Assembly (NCBI GenBank): GCA_002269645.1
Contig: NIVC01000851.1
Location: 1 to 64,000, forward strand
Reading direction: 5' to 3'
Origin: Macrostomum lignano
Lineage: Eukaryota
Length of the DNA stretch: 64,000 nucleotides
Below are positions 1 through 14,620 of the stretch, one piece after another. A model generated the notes under the pieces. The model was not told the DNA's origin. It worked only from the letters and a program-made list of their open reading frames with translations, and made no database searches. Position 1 is the stretch's first letter, and each line of letters begins with the position of its first letter. Both the position numbers and the translations under genes were made by a program.

Positions 1-815
1 TTGAGCTGATCAACAATGGTCACTGGACAGACATTGAGCTGATCAACAATGGTCACTGGACAGACATTGAGCTGATCAACAATAGACACTGGACAGACAT
101 TGAGCTGATCAACAATGGTCACTGGACAGACATTGAGCTGATCAACAATGGTCACTGGACAGACATTGAGCTGATCAACAATAGACACTGGACAGACATT
201 GAGCTGATCAACAATAGGCACTGGACAGACATTGAGCTGATCAACAATAGACACTGGACAGATATTGAGCTGATCAACAATAGACACTGGACAGACATTG
301 AGCTGATCAACAATAGACACTGGACAGACATTGAGCTGATCAACAATGGACACTGACAGACATTGAGCTGATCAACAATAGACACTGGACAGACATTGAG
401 CTGATCAACAATAGACACTGGACAGATATTGAGCTGATCAACAATAGACACTGGACAGACATTGAGCTGATCAACAATGGTCACTGGACAGACATTGAGC
501 TGATCAACAATGGTCACTGGACAGACATTGAGCTGATCAACAATAGACACTGGACAGACATTGAGCTGATCAACAATGGTCACTGGACAGACATTGAGCT
601 GATCAACAATGGACACTGGACAGATATTGAGCTGATCAACAATAGACACTGGACAGACATTGAGCTGATCAACAATGGACACTGGACAGATATTGAGCTG
701 ATCAACAATAGACACTGGACAGACATTGAGCTGATCAACAGTGGTCACTGGACAGACATTGAGCTGATCAACAATAGACACTGGACAGATATTGAGCTGA
801 TTAACAATGGACACT
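1..815. repeat. 33-bp minisatellite (TTGAGCTGATCAACAATRGWCACTGGACAGACA), runs off the left edge
   Basis: Unit read directly; the 11-aa periodicity of ORF 152..838 matches 33 bp. Confidence 0.97.
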
Positions 816-3184
816 GGACACACATAAAGTCTGTTCAAACGACTTAGAGGTCAGGTATTTAAAACAAAGTAACCAAAATTTGTCGATGTTCTGTGTTGAA
901 CTGCTGCAGGCATTCTCATTAGACGCGTAGCTCCATTGAATTGCTGCTCCTGTTGCATTGCATTTCCCTTTTCTCCAACAGCTCTTGACGAGAGCAGGAC
1001 GACTCAGCCATGCGGCCCCACTGCGTAGGAGGAAGCGAACGGCCCTCGCATGCGACAGCAGACGACGAGCCGAAGGACGGCTTAAGTCGGCTCTCCGATC
1101 CCTTCCCCTTCCCCATCGGGTGCTTGCGCTACGCACGCCTAAGTTTCATTTCTCTCCTTCACCCTCCCCATTCTCCCCGTCTCTCTTCACTGCACAGCGA
1201 ATTCGTTGAGCCATGGAATTCTAGATGCAGCATCTGGAGTGAAAACCTCGGACCCCCATTCTTCTGAGTTTTTTTACATTTTGTCACGACTTTAAAAAGC
1301 GCATGTGGAAAAAATAAGGATAGCTTCTGTTTGGGTTTATTCAATTTTTAAAGTTGTTTTTTAATTGTTTATGCCAAAATAAACTTCGGTCTGTTAAATT
1401 CTATGAATTTTATAGCAAAGGCATCGCTGAAAATCTAAAAAAGGCGGCCATATTTGAACAGGAAGAACGTGACTTTTCCTGTTTGCTTCTAATCCAGGTA
1501 TCTAGGCCTAGAACTCCATGTCTCCAATGCCGAGGGACTCGGCGCAGACTCAAGGCCCGGCCCAGAAATGAAATTTGAGAGGCCGCGCTGCCAGAGAGTG
1601 AGAGACGGAGGGGAAGATGCTGATGAAGAGGCTGGAAGAGCGGCAGGGGGCTCGATTTGATTTCCCCCTAACCGGATTTTGCAAAGCCCCCCTTCACCCA
1701 CTGTCCCCTTGATCGCCCGGCCTGATCAGAGAGACGGAGGCGCCCCATCGCTCTGCTCAGCATGACACTCGAAGGAACGGGACAGAAGCTGTTCCCAGAC
1801 ATTCTCTTGTCCTTCATTCCCCATTTTGCAGCGCGTGCCGACTCAGAGACCCGGACTGGTGCTCTAACCTAAATTAGGAGTCCCAAAAGAAGTTTTGATC
1901 TCTTTTAAATACCCGTCCCGTTGAGTTTATCGGTCACGTGATCGAAATGGAAAGCTTGACGCGCAGAAGAAACTAAGGGACAAATTTAACAATTAACTTC
2001 AAGATAATTACTCTAGGCAAAATGTGTGAACTGAATTGGATCTCGAGACCAAGGATAGTGAAGAATTTTAAACAGCCGCGGACTTCGCTGCCTCAGCAAA
2101 GAAAGACGCAACAGCCGGGAGAATTTTTTTGACATGAACTACATGTATGGTACGTTCAACAACAGCGATCCGCTATTGACATTAGCAGACCTAGACAATG
2201 TTCTAAAATTAACCAACAATTAGTCCTTCAGCCACTATCATTATCTGCCTTCGAAAATGCGAGCCCGCGAAACAGCTAATAGCCGAATAGGTGATCCAAT
2301 ATATTCATAAGAGGGGTGGACAAGCTTTACGGAGCTATACTGCTCCAAAGTACAAATAGTTCAACAAAACAACCTCAGTCTGTTGCTCTCGCTATGTGAG
2401 AGAAAGGGCCTGTATTAGTATCCATGCAATATGTTACATGAGTTGTCACTCACAAGACTGAGGGCGTTCTATTGGACAGCCTTTGAGCAGTAGCGCTGAC
2501 GGAGCACGGATCAGTCATGCTTCATTGGATCACAATCACTCCTTATTAGGAGAGAGCAGCTACCAACAAAAGCTTCAGTGGGAAAACGTGACCAATCGCA
2601 AGTTGCTTCATTTGATTTCTTGCTTGCAGTTATGAATCGAATAGATAATCCATCCTGAGTTGAATGAAAGAGACATTTAATAGGTTTTATTGTTGTCGTA
2701 CGTGTGTCCCAAGCTTCGATACAATTTAATCGTACGCTATCTTTTGAGCCACAATGGACCACTGAAAATACATTGGTTTCCTGTACGTACACAGACTTTG
2801 TCCTAAATGCCCTAATGACTTTCGAGAAAGTTGTATCCGTGACAATTTGAGTGCAGCAGCTCCGACACCTGTCATAATCGACTACCCAGGGCAACACAAC
2901 ACAGCTTTTTGATCACTAATTAAATAAACAGAAAGTGACAAAGACAAATTTCGGCAACAAATTTCGGATAACTCGCATTTCAAATACATTTATAGCCTAG
3001 GCAAGCATAGGTCGTGGCAGATTTGCGGGGCTGTGAAAGCATATTGTTGCAAAATGTGTTAGTGGCTTGGGCAAGTAGTGACCTTAAGTAAAACGCTATT
3101 TAAAGACAGTTGACAAGTTCATATAGTTAAAGACAGGGAGGGACAAGAAGCGACAAGGGGAGCGAGTCTGAATTTTCAGGGTTG

Positions 3185-4066
3185 TCAGGGCGGGTGCCTT
3201 GGCGTGAGCAGAGTGATGCAGACGCCCAGCACAACCGCGAATGTGATTATGACCACCAGGACAACAACGATCAGCGCCACGCAACGACGGCGGCGCCCTC
3301 TCGAACCGGTGTGAATTTCTAGCAGCACCGGCTGATGCTGAAACACATAGCTGTCAAAGCTGTCGCTGCTGTCCGTGCGAATCAAAGCGGACCAGGTCTC
3401 TTCCAGCTGATGGTGCTGCTGCTGCTGCTGCTGCTGTCTGAGACTGTCTGCCAGTTCGCGCGCTCTGTCTGCATCTGCCAGGGGATTCCACGTGGTAGCT
3501 GCTGCAGCAGCTGCGGCTGCTGCCGAGGCCGACATTCGGCCGTGGTGGTGGCCGCCGGGCAGCCGCTGGCCTTCGTGCAGGCCAACAGGGATGGGGCCGC
3601 TGGAAGCGGATGCGCTCTGCTGATCGGTTGCGGGGAACCTCTGCATCAGACGGTGCGTCATCAATAGCAGATCGGCAAAGTAGGCGACAGACTCTACGAG
3701 AAGATTGAGAGCCTGTTGCTGCTGTTGCTGGTTCTGCTCCTGTTGTTGCTGGTTCTGCTGCTGAAGCTGGTACGCCAGATTTACCTGGTCCCAGGCTCGA
3801 TTCCGCAGATTGTGCAAGTCATCCCTGGCCCGTCGGCTGTCGACCGTCGTGCCCAGCTGGCCAAGCAGGCTCTGGTAGAGCGCCAGCAGCAGGCTGAGAT
3901 CGATAGCAGAGATCTCAGCGGAGGAGCCGGCCCTCGGTCGGGAGCCGCGACGCATAGAAGCTGCTGCTCCAGTTGAAGCGGCAGCCGTGGCTACAGCCGC
4001 AGCAGTGGCAGCAGCAGCCGAGCTGGATGCTCTGGAGGAGCCGATCGGTAGCTTCCTGCCGCCCAT
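3185..4066 (-). CDS. Intronless 293-aa R9AP/R7BP-like (RGS9-binding protein family, syntaxin-like fold) C-tail-anchored membrane protein
   Basis: LSLLLALYQSLLGQLGTTVDSRRARDDLHNLRNRA resembles the recalled R9AP N-terminus ([35 protein letters not shown]). FADLLLMTHRLMQRFP...PIPVGL resembles CLDLLEADMRRALELGAAFP...PLVRTGV. There is a single C-terminal hydrophobic helix (CVALIVVVLVVIITFAVVLGVCITLL). Family call from memory; the syntaxin-7/12 N-terminus is an alternative. Confidence 0.7.
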   Translation of the reverse strand: MGGRKLPIGSSRASSSAAAATAAAVATAAASTGAAASMRRGSRPRAGSSAEISAIDLSLLLALYQSLLGQLGTTVDSRRARDDLHNLRNRAWDQVNLAYQLQQQNQQQQEQNQQQQQQALNLLVESVAYFADLLLMTHRLMQRFPATDQQSASASSGPIPVGLHEGQRLPGGHHHGRMSASAAAAAAAAATTWNPLADADRARELADSLRQQQQQQQHHQLEETWSALIRTDSSDSFDSYVFQHQPVLLEIHTGSRGRRRRCVALIVVVLVVIITFAVVLGVCITLLTPRHPP

Positions 4067-5129
4067 GCCGCCGCCTCAGCCGCCGGCGCCTCAGCTGTGG
4101 CCGTGCGATCTGCGTCACTAATCGAAGCCTCCGACCGATTGGATTTCTAAGACTTCCTTCTGCACCTTTGCAACGGTCTCAGTCTGGCTGAAGCGATAGC
4201 AAAAATGTTCACTCTTCAAGTGCGCTTCATCTTATAAGTCATCGCCTCTCTTAAACATCGCTATAATCACAGTCGCTCTCATATTCGTCGCGTTTGAGCT
4301 CCCCTATACTGAGGCGTGGAAAAGCACAAGAGGAGGCTGTAGGGGAAGACATGGGGAGAACAGGGGGAGGGGTGGGGTGGGAAGAACTCCGCCTCATCGT
4401 CTACTCGCCCGTCGCAGCGGTGTGGGGGACTGAGATGGCAGCAATGGAGGGGAAGGGGAGGGGCGATGGAGAAAGAAAGAAGGAGCGGGAGCAGCAACTA
4501 GGAGGTCAGAGTAATGGTGCGACTCTGCCGGGGTGGGGTGGCGGGATGGAAGTGAAACACGGCCTCCCGTCCCGCCGAGCCTTGCATCAGCCTTCGCACA
4601 CACACGGGCTGGCGGAGACAGAGAGAGGGGAGGGGGGTATTCGGGGAGACAGCGATCTTTCTCTCTCCAATTGCGGCTGCGGGGACACCGCCGCGCCTCC
4701 TCGCCCACCCCCTCGTCCGCGAGCATCGAGCCAGCGGACTGGGATGGTAGAAGTAGGCGTGAGAGATTACGGAACAGAGATGAAAAAGGATGGGAATAGG
4801 AGTGATAGGGCGGGAGAGACTATTGGGGCGACTCATTTTGAGAAATCGAGAGTAGGGATGCGGCCGAAAATAAAATAATATCCCGCAATCAGGATTAGCT
4901 GTGGTTCTCGTCTAGTGGGCTGCGCCGTCCACTCTGATATTCTCCCCCCCCCCCGCCGTGGCCGTATCCCGAGCTGAAATCTCAGCCCCTAGCTCATGTC
5001 TTTTCCTCGTCGCGCGTGCACCGCTCACCTGGCGGGGTAGAATCACCTGTTTGAGTAATTAGTTTTACTGCACAGTAGCCCAGATGGACAGGTGAAACGG
5101 ATGGCTTTGCTAGGCTTCTTTGCAGTGTC

Positions 5130-5630
5130 TGAGATGCCACGGAGCTCTGCTTGTGTCCCCTGTGAGCGATGTGTGTCAGTCTAAACTCTGCTTTTGTCCC
5201 CTGTGAGCTATATGTGTCAGTCTGAGCTCTGCTTGTGTCACTTGTGAGCGATGTGTGTCAGTCTGAGCTCTGCTTGTGTCACTTGTGAGCGATGTGTGTC
5301 AGTCTGAGCTCTGTTTGTGTCACTTGTGAGCGATGTGTGTCAGTCTGAGCTCTGCTTGTGTCACTTGTGAGCGATGTGTGTCAGTCTGAGCTCTGCTTGT
5401 GTCACTTGTGAGCGATGTGTGTCAGTCTGAGCTCTGCTTGTGTTACTTGTGAGCGATGCCGTGTGTCAGTCTTGTGTCACTTATGAGTGATGCCGTGTGT
5501 CAGTCTTGTGTCACTTATGAGTGATGCCGTGTGTCAGTCTTGTGTCACTTATGAGTGATGCCGTGTGTCAGTCTTGTGTCACTTATGAGTGATGCCGTGT
5601 GTCAGTCTTGTGTCACTTGTGAGTAATTCC
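5130..5630. repeat. Compound minisatellite: 41-bp unit switching to a related 34-bp unit
   Basis: GTGTGTCAGTCTGAGCTCTGCTTGTGTCACTTGTGAGCGAT repeats, then GTGTGTCAGTCTTGTGTCACTTATGAGTGATGCC repeats. Confidence 0.93.
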
Positions 5631-6041
5631 GTGTGCCACCTCGTCTGGCCAATTATTTTTTTATTATTAAAAAATTTGTTAGCTCTGCTTGGTCAGGAAA
5701 TTCCGGCTTCCCGACTTCGGTAGAGGGACGAGGATAACAAATCAGCGTTGCATCCGGAGGTTTTGGGTGTCCCCATGGGTGCGAGGTCTCCAGGGCCCTG
5801 TCGGTTCAGTCAGTCAATCAACCTCCTGCCGGCATATGGGAGAAATTCATAACCGGGCCTTTTGGGAAATTTCCTAGTCAGGGTAGCTTCCCAATTTCAA
5901 TACTGGTCTGGTTACTTGAAACCCTGCTGCTCGAAAAAAGTGCTCCGGATTTTTGAGAACTCTAAATTTTGGGGCAGGAGATCACTCGTTACAGAACTGG
6001 ACTCACCTTTTTTTCTATATTTAGCATGGACTGTTAATGAG

Positions 6042-8413
<2,372 letters not shown>

Positions 8414-9924
8414 GGTATCTATGGGATAAATAAGAGAAAAAATCCATATACCTAATTTACTCAAAGTTAAAAGAACAACATGTAATACCCACTTAAATAA
8501 TGTCTGGAGAATATTGATGATATAGCATTTCGGAACTTTAGATTCATCAAGGATCTTTAGGGTGTCATAAACGACAGCCAGTACACAGGCTTCTCAGATC
8601 ATTACTAATTACGAGTAATTTGCATAGCATGGCTACACAAGTGCCGTATTTTAATTACTCTTTTGGTCAATTGCAATGAATTTTCAACTCTAGTTATAGA
8701 CTACGTACGAGCTAGATGGTATGTCCCTTGCAAAGATACTACTGAGCTACTCTCAGTTTAGTAGCATCATCGCCATCTCACTGCCTTTCGACAAGTTAAT
8801 TTTTATCAACGAATTTTCATTCAAAACGTACTACTAACAATGAAAAATTAGGTATGAGTATATTGTTAAACATACATGATTGACATTGGCCTTGCAATAG
8901 GCATTAAAAATTAAACCTGCAGCCGAAAGTAGCCCATGTACATAATCTTTCTGTATTTACCTTTATTTTTATACTTTCTAAAATTAAAGTTAACTTTCTA
9001 TACATATCGGCACGAAGCGATTAAGCCTCAAACGTGAAACTTTGCCAACTTCATCAAATATCATTCATAATGATTGTCATGACAGATAGTTGCAAAACAA
9101 AGCAAAAAACTAGGGCCCAGCTGCCTCACAGCTACCTTCCCATTTCTCGACCGCCGCGTACTCACACGGCCTTCATCGAATCGAGCAGCCTGGAGCCTCA
9201 CATTCTCTGTTCCACGGGAATGCGGCATGACCACTGAGCTGGGCCCACTGATAGACTGATGCCCTTTATTTTAACTATAAACTGATAGGCTGTTTTTCTG
9301 TCTGCCCCCTCGCCACTAAATGTACATTCCACCCATCCAGCACCCCTTAAATGTACGTCTTACCACCCGCTCCGCAATGTACATTTCCTGCCCTGTCTCA
9401 GCCACTAGGCCACTAATTGGGGCCAAAATAAAATGAATTACCCTTGGAGGCTCCAGTTAATCTGATATCACTACATAATGAAACTTCATCAGTAAGAGCC
9501 ATTGTTATGATGTACCATTAACGACTTCATGGCACATCAAGGATCTTCATGGTGTCTTTAGCAACTTCATAGCACATCAGGGATCTTTCTGGCGTCTATA
9601 AAACTCCATGGTACCACAAAAATCTCCGTGAAGTCCTTAAGAACTCCATGAAACCTCAGGGTCATCACGGAACCAGTACTCGTGGACTGAACTTATCGGT
9701 TTTGCTGTCTGTCGTCTCGCTGACTTCTAATTGGACCGCGGTGGCTGATAGCTTGGATTGACTGGATAGCAGATAAGAGAGGGGAGTTCAGAAACACAGA
9801 AAAGCGCATTTAAGCTTGGGAATTAGACAGCTGAGACTTCTCACAACTCAGTGAATCAATAGATCCGAGAATTTGGCGGTAAGTTAGTTTGATTTTTTTC
9901 AAAATCAACGCTTAGCTCGGCAAA

Positions 9925-10065
9925 GTTCTGCCAGCCTCCTAGATCTAGCGTCATCAGTGGCTTCATCCAGCCTCCTAGATCTAGCTTTATCAGTGGCTTC
10001 ATACAGCCTCCAAGATCTAGCTTCATCAGTGGCTTCAACCAGCCTCTTAGATCTAGCTTCATTAG
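9925..10065. repeat. 36-bp minisatellite, about 4 copies, in a probable 5' UTR intron of the GPCR
   Basis: CAGCCTCCTAGATCTAGCTTCATCAGTGGCTTCATC repeats; 12-aa periodic ORF 9856..10062; candidate donor GCG|GTAAGT near 9878 and acceptor CTCTAG at 10084. Confidence 0.85.
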
Positions 10066-10139
10066 TCTTCTCCCAAACCTCTAGTCCCGCCGCATCAACT
10101 GGTACATTCACACCTGCTCTCCCCCTAGCAACTGTTGCC

Positions 10140-12980
10140 ATGGTCAGAGGCGGCACAGGCGGTCGAATCCGATTCCGCGCGGCCAAGACGGGCCACGCGA
10201 CCAACCCGCACGATGAGCTGGGCCTCAGACGCAACACCAGCTGGTTTAACACTCTGAACAGCGGCTGTTTCTATAGAAGCCGGACGAGGCTGTGCCCCAG
10301 CCGCCTGACTGATTTCAACTGCGTCATGTGGACCGAGGCGGCTGATGAAGAGTTGCCAGTTCCGGCTTCCGGTGAGACTGCAGTTCCCCAGTTTCCAAGG
10401 ACTACTAGCAGGCATGGCAGGGATATTTATTTCCTCAGTGTTTTAGAGAGGACATGCTCTTACAAAAAATATCCTCGAGGTGCCACTAACTTCTTAAAAG
10501 GTTTTGAGAGGTTTTCTTAAAGGAACTGGCGTCATGATACTGACAGAAAAAAGGTCCAGGTAAATTATAGTAATACAAACAGATTTTCAGGTCTCCGGTC
10601 GGTTGCAGAATTGGATAATAGGATGTGCATGAATCATCAGAGTGATAAATGAGTAGCTCTTCTCCCCTGCACCCGTCTGTCGGAGCTTATATTGCACTCT
10701 GTTAGCCCATTTTTTCCAGCTATATTGTCCGTGTCAATCTGAGCTCCAATCAATCTGATCCAGGAAGCATGCACTGGGAATACATCGGTAATTCTGACGA
10801 ATCCTCCTCATGGGACTAATGAAAACAGTATTGAGCAAACCGTAACGTAATTGCGTGGGCAGTTCATCTGCAATCTATCTTCTTCCCACTGAAACTCCGA
10901 AGTCTGAAGGACACTGTCTGAAGGACACTGTCTGAAGGACACTGTCTGAAGGACACTGTCTGAAGGACACTGTCTGAAGGACACTGTCTGAAGGACACTG
11001 TCTGAAGGACACTGTCTGAAGGACACTGTCTGAAGGACACTGTCTGAAGGACACTGTCTGAAGGACACTGTCTGAAGGACACTGTCTGAAGGACACTGTC
11101 TGAAGGACACTGTCTGAAGGACACTGTCTGAAGGACACTGTCTGAAGGACACTGTCTGAAGGACACTGTCTGAAGGACACTGTCTGAAGGACACTGTCTG
11201 AAGGTTTTCCCTTGCAATCGCACAGCCGCAGGATCGAAGAACGCCACGGCATCATCAGGCTCGATGCCACCGGTGCCCGACACCCAGGGCCTCAGCCCTG
11301 ATCAGCTGCAGCCGCTCTGCTCGGCAGACTTCGCCTCAGAACGCCTCCTGACGGCCAGCTGCGTCTTGGCGCCACTGCTGCTGCTGTGTGGCAGCTGCCT
11401 GAACTGCCTCTGTTGCCGGATGATGCTGGTCTACAGCAGAAGACCGCTGCCCGTCTGCTTGTACTTGGCTTTGCTCGCTGGACTGGACACCGCCCTGCTC
11501 TGGCTGCGATTCCTCGACCTCTGGCTGCAGGCCGCCTTTGACATTAAGCTGCTACTCACGCTGGCTGTTATGGACGAGTCCACGTGCCAGCTTCTCAACA
11601 TGCTCTACTCGACCCTGTTGCAATTAAAGGCTGGCATTCAGGTCCATAACCTAGCCTACATACAACTACAGTCCAGACCGATCCCTAGACAACACCAACC
11701 CTAGACTACACCAACCCCTAGACTAAACTAACCCCTAGACTACACCAACCCTAAACTACACCAACCCCTAGACTACACCAACCCCTAGACTACACCAACC
11801 CCTAGACTACACCAACCCCTAAACTACACCAACCCCTAAACTACACCAACCCCTAGACTACACCAACCCCTAGACTACACCAAACCCTAGACTACACCAA
11901 CCCCTAGACTACACCAACCCCTAGACTACACCAACCCCTAGACTACACCAACCCCTAGACTACACCAACCCTAGACTACACCAACCCCTAGACTACACCA
12001 ACCCCTAGACTACACCAACCCCTAGACTACACCAACCCTAGACTACACCAACCCCTAGACTACACCGACACCTACATTTAGACTGTACCAGACTCTATAA
12101 CACACCAACTACTAGACTACAGCAGTGCCTATATACCCAGCCGGCACCAAGCCGACCCCATCAATGCCTGCAGGTGTCGCTGGCAATCGACACCACGCGG
12201 CTGATCCGCCAGCCGGTGTCCCAGCTGCACCGCTACACATCAGAATGGGTGAAGAACAGCGTCATTCTGGCCTTCGTGCTGGTGCTGCTGCTGAACGGTC
12301 ATCATCTTTGGACGCTGACGGTAGTCAAGGTGAACAGCGTCCCAGGAGAGGCAGAGGGCGCTCTGTACTGCGGCTGGACCCAGCGCTGGCCAATCACAGA
12401 GCAGTTCGCAGTGTGGATCTGGCCAATCAGCGACCTGCTGTTAGGTGACATTCTCCCCGCGGCCATCGTCACCCTCTGCTGCCTGGTCGGAGTGGCCAGC
12501 GGCGGCCTCCGTCGATTCCGAGCCGGTCTGGCCTATTACGTAATCGACGCGGAGCTGCACTGCGACATTCGGCGCGGCGTGCTGGCCTGCTGCGCCGGCT
12601 TCGTGGCGCTGGGCCTCCCGGCGCTTGGCCGTGGAGTCTCGTTGCGCGCTGTCTTCCTCGCCAAGCAGCTGCGGCAAGCCGAGCATCCGGCGAGTCGACG
12701 TGGTCCGCTGGCGACCGGCTGGCCAGCCAGTGAGGACTCGGAGGCTGAGCTCTTCATTGTTCGGATTTGCTCGGGTCTGCAGATGCTCGCCAGCCCGCTG
12801 CTGCTGCTCGCCAGCGTGGCCAGCTTCCGCCGGGACTGCCGCGCTGCGCTGGCCGCTGCCGCCGACGCCGCTGTGGGCATCGTCGGGCAACTCGGCCGCT
12901 GCTGCTGGATGGGGCGGAAGGAATCGAAGCCTCCCGTAAGACGCCCAGTCCAGAGTTCGCTGGTTGAATCGTCCATTTAA
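10140..12980 (+). CDS. Divergent rhodopsin-class (class A) 7TM GPCR, 3 coding exons, about 484 aa
   Basis: Exons 10140-10371 (GCCATGG start, G|GTGAG donor, phase 1), 11226-11641 (CACAG acceptor, CAG|GT donor, phase 0) and 12174-12980 (TGCAG acceptor, TAA stop) join in frame. TM1 GxxxN (CGSCLN), TM2 LAGLD, ECL1 Cys (ESTCQ), TM5 WxxxDxxxxxxLP and TM6 FxxxxLP are present. Exon 1 is less certain than exons 2-3. Confidence 0.85.
10896..11205. repeat. 14-bp minisatellite (TCTGAAGGACACTG) in GPCR coding intron 1
   Basis: Perfect tandem copies ending directly at the polypyrimidine tract. Confidence 0.97.
11690..12070. repeat. 18-bp minisatellite (CTAGACTACACCAACCCC) in GPCR coding intron 2
   Basis: Read directly. 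Confidence 0.96.
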
Positions 12981-13066
12981 GGTTGACGCCAGCCGAAGCG
13001 TCGGGATGGATCAGCTTGATTGATTTTGTTTAAACACCACTGGCCCAGTTGTCGTTGGGTTTCAGC

Positions 13067-13246
13067 CAAGGACCACTGTAGTATAACAGGGCGTGAAACT
13101 CGAGGATCGTGTGAATATCAATCATTGATTATGTGATTAAAAATGATTTTTCCTATCTCCGCAGTGTACATTATTCCAGGAAATCGGCCTCCAAAAAATC
13201 ACACGGTCCTTGAGTTTTACGTCATGTTACACTACAGTGGTCCTTG
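13067..13246. mobile_element. Small MITE with about 47-bp imperfect TIRs starting CAAGGAC, related to the hAT-type MITE at 41981-43017
   Basis: Left CAAGGACCACTGTAGTATAACAGGGCGTGAAACTCGAGGATCGTGTG versus reverse complement of right CAAGGACCACTGTAGTGTAACATGACGTAAAACTCAAGGACCGTGTG. Internal TTCCTATCT.CGCAGTGTA...CCAGGAAATCG..CCTCCAAAAAA is shared with 42920-42990. No TSD seen. Confidence 0.75.
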
Positions 13247-14010
13247 CTCCTTTCACCATAGACAATTTTCACAGACAGCCTGCTCGTCGGTGTCCAGTAT
13301 AATTGTCCCAGTACCACATCGGACAAACAACGCAGACTTGGAAAGACATCTTAGTGGCCCTTGTAACAAAATTGAGTCCACATCGATTATTTCACTTACC
13401 CGAAAACACTGCTCATGCCTACTCAGACAACTACTTGTGAGGCCTTTTGAGTAGAAAGGTCGTTAATATTTTATATCCGATTGGCTATAGATTATAAAAT
13501 CCACGCATCCTTTACTATCGGGATTTAGATAAAAGTGGGTTTATTAATAGTTAATCAGTAGCCATAGAAGCGTCATCAAGCGGACTTAGTGCAGTTGGTC
13601 AAGAACCCGTCCGATATGTATAGAAAATTAACTTCTTAAAGCATTAGATTTTGGGATTGATTTGCACTCGTATAGCTACAGCTCATAGCCACTCAATAAT
13701 AAAGCTGTCGTGTCAAGATGGATTTTTCGAGCACGCGAGAGGATTTACTCAGCTGCATGGGAACCGCGTCACGTGCTAGCAGCTAAGCCAGCTGCCATGT
13801 GCAAGACTTCATCATGTAAATCTCCCATGGGCAACTGCAGTAGGCCGCTGCACTCGACAATCGTGTAAATTTCGCTAAACAGGAAGGTCTTCAGTTTTTT
13901 AGCACTGAATTCTCAACACATTTTTTTTAATTCTTGGACATTAGTCAGATATTTTACGTAAAATATATAGTAACCAGTTGCTGTATTTCATTATTAGTAA
14001 ATGCTTTATA

Positions 14011-14620
14011 AGAGGCCAGTGACATCTGACTGCCAGTGACATCTGACTGCCAGTGACATTTGACTGCCAGTGACATCTGACTGCCAGTGACATTTGACTG
14101 CCAGTGACATCTGACTGCTAGTGACATTTGAATGCCAGTGACATTTGACTGCCAGTGACATTTGACTGCCAGTGACATCTGACTGCCAGTGACATCTGAC
14201 TGCCAGTGACATTTGACTGCCAGTGACATTTGACTGCCAGTGACATCTGACTGTCAGTGACATTTGACTGCCAGTGACATTTGACTGCCAGTGACATTTG
14301 ACTGTCAGTGACATTTGACTGTCAGTGACATTTGACTGCCAGTGACATCTGACTGCCAGTGACATTTGACTGCCAGTGACATTTGACTGCCAGTGACATT
14401 TGACTGCCAGTGACATTTGACTGCCAGTGACATCTGACTGCCAGTGACATCTGACTGTCAGTGACATTTGACTGCCAGTGACATTTGACTGCCAGTGACA
14501 TTTGACTGCCAGTGACATTTGACTGCCAGTGACATTTGACTGCCAGTGACATCTGACTGCCAGTGACATTTGACTGCCAGTGACATCTGACTGCCAGTGA
14601 CATCTGACTGCCAGTGACTT
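14011..14620. repeat. 17-bp minisatellite (GCCAGTGACATYTGACT)
   Basis: Read directly; 17-aa periodic ORFs. Confidence 0.97.

Noticed and set aside
152-838. 228-aa periodic ORF
   Set aside because: Translation of the 33-bp minisatellite; no non-repetitive coding context.
801-1267. Overlapping short ORFs that might be an exon
   Set aside because: No recognisable motif or consistent splice phases in any frame.
2511-2897. 128-aa minus-strand ORF
   Set aside because: Non-ATG start, AT-rich, no family resemblance; more likely UTR or intergenic.
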